64,000 nt of DNA, from the NCBI GenBank assembly GCA_963815455.1, contig CAWFGO010000003.1, positions 672,001 to 736,000 of the forward strand, read 5' to 3'. Position numbers and translations under genes: made by a program. Each line of letters starts with the position of its first letter. Within the stretch, counting starts at the first letter, position 1. Below, one piece after another: positions 51,261 to 60,300 of this stretch. Under the pieces are notes generated by a model that saw only the letters and a list, made by a program, of their open reading frames with translations, made no database searches and was not told the DNA's origin. This DNA is from an uncultured Verrucomicrobiae bacterium. Its GTDB lineage: Bacteria; Verrucomicrobiota; Verrucomicrobiia; Chthoniobacterales; UBA10450.

Positions 51261-52251
51261 ATGGAAACGCTGCGATCCATCTCGGATCTATCGCACCTCT
51301 CCGGCCCTCTCTTCCTCGCCATCGGCGTTTTCGACGGCGTCCATCGCGGACATCAGGCGGTCATTTCCACTTCCGCGCGGCACGCCCAGGCAGAAAACGG
51401 AACGCCTGTTGTCGTGACCTTCGATCCTCACCCAATAAAAGTATTGCGTCCGCAGGACGCGCCGCATCTCCTTACCGCGACCCAGCACAAGATCGCTTTG
51501 ATCCGCGACCTCGGCGTGGGCCATCTCCTCATCATCACCTTCGATAAACAATTTGCCGCCACCGAGCCGGAAGATTTCGTGCAGCAACTCGTCGACGCAT
51601 TCAAATCCGCTTCGCGAAATTTGTGTCGGCCATGAATGGTCGTTTGGGAAAAATCGGCGCGGTAATCTCGATCTCCTCAAAAAACTCGGCGCGCGTTCCA
51701 ATTTCAACGTCGTAGGAATTCCGCCGGTCACGATCAATGGCGACATCGTAAGCAGCACGGCGATCCGGCAAGCGGTGGAAAGCGGCAATTTGGCGAAAGC
51801 AGCCGAGATGCTGGGCCGCGAATACACAATTCTCGGAACCGTCGTCCATGGCGATAATCTCGGACAAAAGATCGGGTTCCCCACGGCAAACCTGAGCGCA
51901 CACAGCGAGCAATTTCCGCCCAACGGGGTCTATTTTGCCGAAGCGACCCTGGATGGCGCGAAATATCCGGGCGTCATAAATCTCGGTTATCGGCCAACGA
52001 TCAGCAGCGATCAATCCGAGCGCGTTCTCGAGATTCACCTGCTGGATTTCAAGAGCGAAATTTACGGAAAAGACCTCGAAGTCCGCTTCCTCAAATATCT
52101 CCGACCGGAAAAGAAATTCGAAAACATCGACGCGCTCACCCGTCAGATCGATCTCGATGTTCAACAGGCACGTGAGCTCTACTCGTCGATCGCGGTCTCG
52201 TATCAGGAAAAGACTTCACCGAGTGTCGATAGTAGGCCCGGCCCCCCCTAG
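51261..52251 (+). CDS. ribF: Riboflavin kinase / FAD synthetase (frameshift at ~51595)
   Basis: IGVFDGVHRGHQ, TFDPHP, VSSTAIR, GFPTAN, EIHLLDF, LRPEKKF. Confidence 0.94.
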
Positions 52252-52284
52252 GTTACTGTCCGTCAATTCAATGCAACCCTAGCC

Positions 52285-52308
52285 TGACCCCTTTTCCTTT
52301 TCCTTTCC
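52285..52308 (+). repeat. Solo TGACCCC end motif with stuttered flank
   Basis: tgacccc followed by ttttcc-ttttcc-tttcc, at the boundary between ribF and the toxin/immunity array. Confidence 0.55.
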
Positions 52309-52337
52309 AAGATCGTCGAGCATTTCCTGTCATCTGT

Positions 52338-52982
52338 TCAAAAGAGATGCAGCCCTTGTTTCGATCTCTTTCGATTGTTTGGCCGCATCGAGGGAGGAAG
52401 ACTGCAATATGTTATTAGAAGATTTCCGAGCTCTAGGAGAGCGGCGGTTTTTTTCCCAACTTGCTTGGGCAACTCGGCTCCCGATTCCCGGCCGGTCGGG
52501 TCGATAACATAGAACTGCGCGCGCATACCTTCGAACATTATCTCGTCGGAATTCGCTTCGGGCCGCGCATCGCCTATCATTGCTGACCAAGTCTTCTCGA
52601 TTGCACGCGCTGCCGCAGCAGGCAACGAAGCTTCACACTTTTGAACTTTGATATGAGTCGGCACCTTCTTGTCCCGGGCAAAGGGCCAGAGCATTTGGGG
52701 TGGCTCGGCAATGGTCACGCAAAACTGGTTCCGCTTTGAATCGCACCGATGCACTGAGATGACTCTTTCGACACCCCAATAACCAGGTATTTGCACCATT
52801 CGTGCAATTTCGCCTCGCGCTACAAACAATTTACGTCGCACCAGCTTGTCATAACTTGTATCAATGCCGAAGGCAGAGCTGAATGGGACGAGATGATCGT
52901 CTGGGGTCATGCCGGGGCAGCAACTTGCGGCCGCGAAAATTAGACTGCCCACGATGCTCGAAACTAAATATTTCCTCGCCAT
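52338..52982 (-). CDS. Putative orphan immunity protein (exported), homologous to 56711-57347
   Basis: Signal-like N-terminus; AIEKTWSAMI...LLELGNLLITYC aligns by eye with AVQRAWASML...FTDLGFALADYC. Confidence 0.65.
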   Translation of the reverse strand: MARKYLVSSIVGSLIFAAASCCPGMTPDDHLVPFSSAFGIDTSYDKLVRRKLFVARGEIARMVQIPGYWGVERVISVHRCDSKRNQFCVTIAEPPQMLWPFARDKKVPTHIKVQKCEASLPAAAARAIEKTWSAMIGDARPEANSDEIMFEGMRAQFYVIDPTGRESGAELPKQVGKKTAALLELGNLLITYCSLPPSMRPNNRKRSKQGLHLF

Positions 52983-53155
52983 TTTGGCCTTCCTCCCATC
53001 ATGATGGGATTACTCTCTTAACACATCGCCCATCGCCCGAGTTTGGGTATATTTTCTTTTAAAGCCGATTTGGGCAACACGCCCTATAGATGCGGCCCCA
53101 GCTTCCCCCCAGGCCTGAACTCAGTCCCCCAGCCTGAACTCAGTAATTCCTTAGA

Positions 53156-53647
53156 TCATTGGGATTTTGACAGAATCTCCTTCTTTAGGAATTCTAAACG
53201 TGTGTGGAGGTTTTCGGCATTTTCCAAGCTAGGGGGAACATTGACCGGTATCAGCTGATCGACTGAACGTCCTGCTCTGGCCGCTTCAACCCACTCGCGC
53301 ATCGCCCCAATATAGGCATCTAGAGCGCAAGCCGCGTTTGGAGCATTTTCGGTGGTAATGTAAGCAGGTGGTAAATCTCCCACGATTACCCAAAGCCATT
53401 CGTCTACGTCGCTACGCGAGGGGACGATATGGAATAGAAAAACCCCGACCACACCGCCAACTCCAAGGCCCAGAAAGGACTCACGTATGCCGCGATTCCA
53501 GGCAAACGAAGAAAGAAAAGCTTTCGCCTCAGCTAGCATTCCACGTAACAGCACCGAGTCCTCTTGGTCTTCACCCTGCATTAGATTGGCGGAAGTGAGC
53601 TTTGAGAATTCAATAGCTTCTCTCCTCTTACTACGGTTTGGTTCCAT
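53156..53647 (-). CDS. DUF4826-like protein (possible immunity cassette)
   Basis: WLWVIVGDLPPAY motif; start ATG 53647 (the upstream ORF extension is translated repeat). Confidence 0.65.
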   Translation of the reverse strand: MEPNRSKRREAIEFSKLTSANLMQGEDQEDSVLLRGMLAEAKAFLSSFAWNRGIRESFLGLGVGGVVGVFLFHIVPSRSDVDEWLWVIVGDLPPAYITTENAPNAACALDAYIGAMREWVEAARAGRSVDQLIPVNVPPSLENAENLHTRLEFLKKEILSKSQ

Positions 53648-53653
53648 AAATTC

Positions 53654-54879
53654 GGGGGAAAGGAAAGGGGAAAGGGGAAAGGGGGTCAGAAAGGGGGTCA
53701 GAAAGGGGGTCATGTCTTTATTCTTGTCGGGGAAAGGGGAAAGGGGGTCAGAAAGGGGAAAGGGGGTCATGTCTTTATTCTTGTCGTGCTCGGGCTTCGA
53801 TCTCTTTCAGATGCTTGGAAAGTTGCGCTTGGTTAGCCAGGTCATCAATCCGGCTGCACAGCCGACTGACATGGCTGTCGTTTCCCATTGCCAACTGCTC
53901 TCCTATCCAGCGTAGTGAAACCCCGGTCCGGTTCTTGATTAAGTGACCAATCGCGCGCTTGCGCCAATCGCTCTTTTTAAGTTTGGGCAGGTCTCTCTTC
54001 TCCAGGTTCCACTGCTTCAACCCAGCTCTGAGTAAACGCTCAGCGCTCCATGCCCCGTGATCGCCCCAAGTCTCCACCGGCCCCGATTTTCGCAGCCCGG
54101 CATCGCTCAATCGATCCATTAGCCTCAGCGCCCGATCTCGAAATTGCTCGCCGCCCAAAATCCAGCCCCGCCGCAATTCACCCGGCAATGGACCGAGGCT
54201 GCGGCCCGGCGGGTTTTCTTTGGCGCGCTCTTGCAGCCGCTTTACGTATTGTCGCCGGTGGGAGCCGCGATCACTCCAGCCCAGCTCACCTAAGACCGTT
54301 TTCACTTCCAACCAATTCGGCCGGTTACGAGCCCCCGGCCCGTACCAGTTGAAACTGCTCCAGCGATAGCTGCTTAAAGGTCTCTTGCTCGTCAAATGCG
54401 CCCGGGCCGGATTGAGATGAATGTAGTCCGACACCGTTGCCAGGTAGCCCCGCTCTTCGGGATCGATCAGCAGCGATTTATAACGTCCGGCAAAGAGATG
54501 TCCGCTCAAACGATGCCGGCGATTGTAGCGGGCCGTGTAGGTGGCTTGAAACCAATGCATCCCACGCACCAGATTGGCTTTCGGGGTCTCTACCAGCAGG
54601 TGGTAATGATTGCTCATCAAGACATAGGCGTGCACTCGCCAGCCAGTGCGCTGACAAATCTCGCCCAGTGTAGCCAGGAACATTTCCCGATCCCTGTCAT
54701 CGAGGAAGATCGCTTCCCGCCGATCGCCCCGGCAAAGCAGGTGATAAAGCGCCCCCTCAAATTCTATCCGCGGCATTCTGGCCATCGAACAACCATTAGC
54801 TGATTATCCCACAATGACAAGAATAAAGACATGACCCCTATTTTACTTATTTTACTATTTGACCCCTATTTTACTATTT
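53654..54879 (-). mobile_element. Y1 HUH transposase element with 23-bp inverted ends and stuttered flanks
   Basis: ggggtcatgtctttattcttgtc at 53706-53728 and 53763-53785; its exact reverse complement at 54816-54838; partial end duplications outside both ends. Confidence 0.85.
53775..54785 (-). CDS. Y1 HUH transposase (RAYT-like) with C-terminal HTH
   Basis: YHLLCRG, YVLMSNHYHLL (HUH), GHLFAGRYKS, YIHLNP, YRWSS; C-terminal SLRWIGEQL..VSR. Confidence 0.9.
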   Translation of the reverse strand: MARMPRIEFEGALYHLLCRGDRREAIFLDDRDREMFLATLGEICQRTGWRVHAYVLMSNHYHLLVETPKANLVRGMHWFQATYTARYNRRHRLSGHLFAGRYKSLLIDPEERGYLATVSDYIHLNPARAHLTSKRPLSSYRWSSFNWYGPGARNRPNWLEVKTVLGELGWSDRGSHRRQYVKRLQERAKENPPGRSLGPLPGELRRGWILGGEQFRDRALRLMDRLSDAGLRKSGPVETWGDHGAWSAERLLRAGLKQWNLEKRDLPKLKKSDWRKRAIGHLIKNRTGVSLRWIGEQLAMGNDSHVSRLCSRIDDLANQAQLSKHLKEIEARARQE

Positions 54880-54885
54880 CGAGCT

Positions 54886-55302
54886 TCACCGAGATCTAGA
54901 CCGCGCACGAACAGCATCGGGTCTTCGCTCATGAAGCGGCCGATAGTCGGATGATAGGCACGGGCGCGATATTCGTGAGAACCCGAACTGTGGCGCATAC
55001 TCGCGGCCGGTGAAGAGGAAGCGATTATTAATCAGTGACGAGGGATGAGTGATGTGGGACGAGTCGTAAATTGTGGGCGTTCCAAATGCGTCATACCGAT
55101 ATGATTCGAGGATTGTTCCATCGCCGCCAGTGACCACGATCACGCTGCCCTCGTGGTCCTGCATCGGGTATTGGCCAGACCCGTTGTTGCTCCGGGCGAT
55201 GATCTCATCGATCCCGCGCCCGTACACATTGGTCGAGGGCGTGCCGCCGCTGGGATCGAACTCGTAGATCGGACGTTCCCCGTCGTAGATGTAATAGGTC
55301 AA
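54886..55302 (-). pseudogene. Orphan RHS core fragment truncated before its toxin tip
   Basis: TYYIYDGERP...QDHEGSV...YRYDAFG...NRFLFTGREY; stops after EDPMLFVR at the transposase end. Confidence 0.8.
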
Positions 55303-55341
55303 GAGGTGATGACTGACACAATTTGAATTAGCTTTTCGCCC

Positions 55342-55668
55342 TCATTCGTCAGTTCTCCATTTCGACCGACTTATTCTGTGAGTATCGATAAAACCATCTA
55401 TCTTGCCTGAACAACGGTTCACGTGCACGCTGTAAACGGGGATTGCCTCACGCCGGTGCGGATCATTATACGACACTGCATACAAGGGAACCTTCGGCCC
55501 GGATTCAGGAACGAAAGTATCTTTGATGACTCGAATCGTGTAGTCCCGCGGCAGGGTGATTTTTCGTCGATTGATCTCGGCATTGGCTATGCCAATTACC
55601 TGTTCGTTGCTCAGGTACGTGCAGCAGCCAGAGAGAAAAAACGCGCACATCAGAAGCAGTGGTTTCAT
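55342..55668 (-). CDS. Putative lipoprotein immunity protein for the HEXXH toxin
   Basis: Lipobox FLSGC; start overlaps the stop of the upstream toxin module. Confidence 0.7.
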   Translation of the reverse strand: MKPLLLMCAFFLSGCCTYLSNEQVIGIANAEINRRKITLPRDYTIRVIKDTFVPESGPKVPLYAVSYNDPHRREAIPVYSVHVNRCSGKIDGFIDTHRISRSKWRTDE

Positions 55669-56730
55669 CAGTGTCCAGCGTCCCAGCGATTGATGGGAAC
55701 ACCCTTGTAAGATTTGCGATCCTCTAGCTTTAAACCTCGCCTCACAGGATTTTCATTATCGCGCACATTATGACCTCGGTATTCATTTTCGTCTCTTCCT
55801 CCCGCAAAGTGGCCAACCTCGTGAAACACGGTTGTCGCACGCCCTTTGACTCCATCGGGCGGCAATTCTGTCGGATGGTGGTTAAAATCTGCTCGGCTCT
55901 TTGGATCAAGAAAAGCGGGGTCATGGGGATCAAGCCGGAGAATTTTTTCCTTAGGATAGAATCCGGTCGGATGTGTCTTGTCGGTGGCCGCAACTCTCAA
56001 ATCTCCTGGCATATTAGCTAATTCGTTGCCTCGTTTGCTCGTCGACGAACCAAGTTTTATCGCTTCATTAAACTTCGCTTGCGCGGCTGCGCCAAACGAT
56101 TCATCAAAGAAAAATTCAATCAGCCCTAATGGATCAAATCTATCAAGCGGATCGTTAGAGCAGTATCGAAACAGGTTTAGCTCGCCTTGATCAGGAGACT
56201 TCCAGAATGACCATTCCTCTTTCGATTTGCCGCCTTCGGGAGCCTTGGCGTCGGACGAATCTGCGACCGGCTTATCGAGGCCGATCCGCCGCACAAACAG
56301 ATTCGGATCTTCGCTCATGAAGCGGCCAATCGTCGGATGATAAGCCCTCGCGCGGGACCCGTAGAAGCCGAACTGCGGCGTGTACTCGCGGCCAGTGAAG
56401 AGGAAGCGATTGTTGATCGCAGTGGTTGATAGTTGATTGTTCGACGGATCGCGAATGGTCGGCGCGCCGAAGGCGTCGTAGCGGTACCATTCCAGGATAG
56501 AGCCGTCGCCGCCGGTGACCACGATCACGCTGCCTTCATGGTCCTGCATGAAATACTGACCCGAGCCGTTATTGCTGCGATAGAGAATCTCATCGATCCC
56601 GCGCCCGTAAACATTGATCGAAGGCGTGCCGCCGTTCGGATCAAACTCGTAGATCGGCCGTTCCCCGTCGTAGATGTAATAGATCACCGAACTGGCGCCG
56701 GTGGTTCGCTTCACGCACCGGCCCTGATCG
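55668..56730 (-). CDS. Orphan RHS core + HEXXH (M91-like) metallopeptidase toxin tip
   Basis: RHS core from GRCVKRT to DPLGL; tip contains FHEVGH...NENPVRRGLKLEDRKSY; no convincing start codon. Confidence 0.8.
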
Positions 56731-57347
56731 CGAAATCTTCTAGCCAGCGCATGAGCTTTTTCCGCTTCTCGGGTCTTTCGGCCTCCGGAGTCTGGCAATA
56801 ATCTGCAAGCGCAAATCCCAAATCTGTAAACTCTTTCGGCAATCCTTTTGTTGGACTCCATATTTGACCGTAAACGCCACCCAAGCCGGTAATCCAAACG
56901 GAAAATTCAACATTCCAGCCATCTCCGCCCTAACTTATTTTGTGGATACCGCGTCTTGAGAAGCATACTTGCCCAAGCGCGCTGAACCGCCACTGCAAAA
57001 TCTGCGTCGATAGGGACGTTAACCTGGCTTTCAGAAATAGGACCGCGCTTGCCACGAGATATCTTAATAAGCGTGATGAAATTGTCTATCGACCGCTCGT
57101 GATCATAGTTCTTGTAACCTTTTCCCCAGACCGAAACCGCGAGATCACCGACTGCCGAACCGTTGCAAATCATATGACCCTTGCCCCATTTATTTCCCAG
57201 TAGTCTCTGCACGGCTGCTTCATATTCACGTCCGTCCGGCGACACTGGAATGAGATATCTCGGTTCCGTCTGATGTTTTTTCAATTGTATCGGTTCCACC
57301 GCAATCACCGATGACGTGAAGAAAACAAGAATGAAAAATCGCTTCAT
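56711..57347 (-). CDS. Cognate immunity protein of the full-length RHS (frameshift at ~56930)
   Basis: Signal peptide; a frameshift after YPQNKL continues GGDGWNVEFSVW...DLGFALADYC...RAGA* to 56711. Confidence 0.7.
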
Positions 57348-57368
57348 TAGTGATTCCCAAGTGCCGAC

Positions 57369-60300
57369 TTACTTTCGTTGTAGGCCCGGCAGCTTAACAG
57401 CCGGTCTTTTCTCGACTTCTTCCCACTTTCCATTCTTTAACCTTTCGGTGACTGAATCCGCGTGATGATCACGCTGTCGCGCGTCATCAGACTGTCGATA
57501 GCGCTCCGTAATTTTTCCATCTTTTGAAGTCGTGTAAACTGTGGTGTTGGATTTATCCCCATTGTTCTTGTCTGGGGGGCTTGTCAGCGTGCCCCTCGGG
57601 TCCGGTCGCCCTTGTGGGTCGGTTGTGTTGCTATTGGTGTGAACGTGGGCAAATGAGTCCCTCTTGCCGTTTTCGCCGCCGGGAGGATCCGGATACAATA
57701 TCCTTTGGTGAGTCATGTCCCCGTTAACGGGCTCACCGACGCTCGTATCCTTCGAATATTGAATGCGACCATTAAGCGGCCCGATCGTCTTGCCGCGCTC
57801 CAAGCCAACGCCTTTTCCGTCGCTATTATTATTGCTAATATCTCGGACGACTTTGAGGGCTTCGAGTGAAACACGATCCACTTCTGGACTCACCACAGTT
57901 GGAGCCAGCCCCATGGGATCGCTAAGGTCCCACGGATCGTTTTTGACGTACCGATAGAGATTGTAATCGTCCGCATCGAAGAGTTTAGGGTCCTCAGACA
58001 TGAACCGCCCGATGCCGGGATGATAGGCGCGGGCGCGGTATTCATAGAAGCCGAAGAGTGGAATGTATTCCCTGCCGGTGAAGAGAAAGCGATTATTGAT
58101 CTGTGTCGTCGGGAATGAAGTTCCGGCACCGTCCTTGATCGACATCGGCGCGCCGAAGGCATCGTAGCGGTACCATTCCAAGAGCGCGCCGTTGCCCCCC
58201 AGAACGGCAATCACACTTCCCTCGTGGTCCTGCATGAAATGCTGACCCGAGCCGTGATTGCTGCGATAGAGAATTTCATCGATACCGCGCCCGTAAATAT
58301 TCGTCGAAGGTGTGCCGCCGTTTGGATCGAACTCATAGATTGGTTTCTCGCCATCATAAATGTAATACGTGACCGACATTCCCGGCCCATCTCCCCAGGT
58401 GCGCCGCACCAACCGGCCCAGTGCATCGTAGCCCAGCCGGTAGAGATGCAGCCCGCTGGCGTCGGTCATCGACACGCGCGCCAGCCGCGTGTCGTTTAGA
58501 TAAACGTAATTCACACCCTGATAAGCGCTGATCTCGTGATTCGCCCCGTTCTGGATCGACGTGTCCCCGTGAGCGATCGTGTATTGATTCAGGCCATTCG
58601 GCTCGTAATTGAACGGCTCGCCGTCTGCCGTCACGCCCGCTTCGCCGGTCCGATTGCCCGCTTTATCGAGCGCGTAATTCAGACTGCGCCTGGTTGCGGA
58701 CTGCGGCGCTTGGCCACCGCCTTCATTGCTGTACGTTTCCTCAGCAATCGTCGAATCAGCCATGCCGGTTTTGTAAGCAATCGCTCGCACCGTCTTCTCT
58801 CCATTCAGCGGCACTCCCACATTGAAACTCCCACCGGATGAAATCAACATCCCATTGGTGCTGCTGGGAATAGTTCCGTTGGTCGTATAACGGATCGACG
58901 CGCCAGCGGTCGAACAGGTGACGGTGACCGATTGCGAAACCCCGTAGAGATTACACCCCGGGGGATTGAGCACCGGAGTGGCTACTTGATTTCCCGGTGG
59001 CGGCGTGGGCGTGGCGCTCGGCGTTGGCGTCGGGCTCGATACCGGCAACGCGTATTCCGCGCGCTGGAGTTCGCCATCGAGATAATAGCCAAACCAATCG
59101 ATCGCCGCCGTGTCTTCATCGCGGTTAACCGAACTCAGCCGGTTCATCATATCGTAACCGTACACTTCGCGCGTAAACCAATTCCGCGTCGTAGGGGTGC
59201 CGTAGGGCATCGGCATCGCGCTGGGAAGGTTGACTTTCAGCGCCCCGATGCGATTCAGCGCATCCGGCTCGTAGTCGATCCAAGTCCCGTTTGCGAAACT
59301 GTCGCGCCTGGTAACATTTGAGGCTTCATCGTACCCGTATTGATATGAAGGACTCTGGCCACCCGTCGGCAAGATCGTCTTGAGCCGGCCCAAACTGTCG
59401 TAAGTCTGGGTGTAATCGTATCCGACTCCGGGAACCCAAAGATGCCTTACTCGGCCGTCATTATCGTGTTCGTAAGACACGGCTTGCGTTGTGCTTGGAG
59501 GCGGGGAAGCAATGCCTGTTCCTGCGTTCACCGTTGCCACTTTGTTGTCGGCATTATCAATATCTCCAGTGACATTTGCATCGCACCGGAAGTTGCTTGA
59601 GCTAACGGGCTGACCGATCTGCGACTGAATCATGCTGGCATCGCTCGAAGTAACCGAGCCGGTGGCGTTCGCGTCGCCCCATAAAACTCGCATCGGAATT
59701 GCGATCTCGTCAGAAATTCCACCATCACTGACCGAGAGCATCACGACAAGCTTCTGCGCCGTGCTTACGTTCACCAGATCGATAGTGATGGCCGTTCCGC
59801 CCGTTTCTGTAGACGCAGATGTGGTGGCGCTAACAGTGCCGATTCCGGCCGATACGATGGCATTACCGTTGAGGTTCACCAGGTGCTGGAAAGTAGCGAC
59901 GATCTTATAAGTCCCGCCGTTTCGGCTTTCAATTCCCGGGTCTCCCGTTAGTGGCAACGCAATGTCAAAATCACCTGCGCTCCCGTGCGTCCGCCGAGAG
60001 ACGACACTCGGTCGGTCAATCAACGGAACCGGAGTGGGCGCGGCACCGGGCATCGTCTGCTGATCCAGCGTCATCCGTCCGGCATCGTCGTAGCCCCGCA
60101 CGACAGTTGAGTATGGATTCTGAGCAAAAGTCAGCCGCCCGGCCCAATCGTAATCAAAATCGCTGAAATCAATTCCGTTGCTCCAGCGCATCGCGGTCTT
60201 CCGGTTGCGCGAGTCGTAGGCGAACGTCTGGATCGCGCCGCCGGGCGCGCGCCGGGCGATCAGGTTCTTATTGCCATCGTAGGTCCAGGTCTGGGTATCG

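Noticed and set aside
52983..53110. Identifiable toxin-tip remnant upstream of the orphan immunity gene
   Set aside because: Short open frames exist (one even reads GRCVKR), but they are too short to assign; mentioned only as a possible remnant.
53648..53770. MTPFPLSDPL... N-terminal extension of ORF 53156-53770
   Set aside because: It is simply the translated stutter repeats.
53654..53785. CRISPR array or telomere-like repeat
   Set aside because: Units are irregular partial copies of a transposase end with no unique spacers, and there are no cas genes.
56731..56897. N-terminal part of ORF 55668-56897 as real protein
   Set aside because: It is an alternative frame of the frameshifted immunity gene; RHS similarity begins only near 56730.
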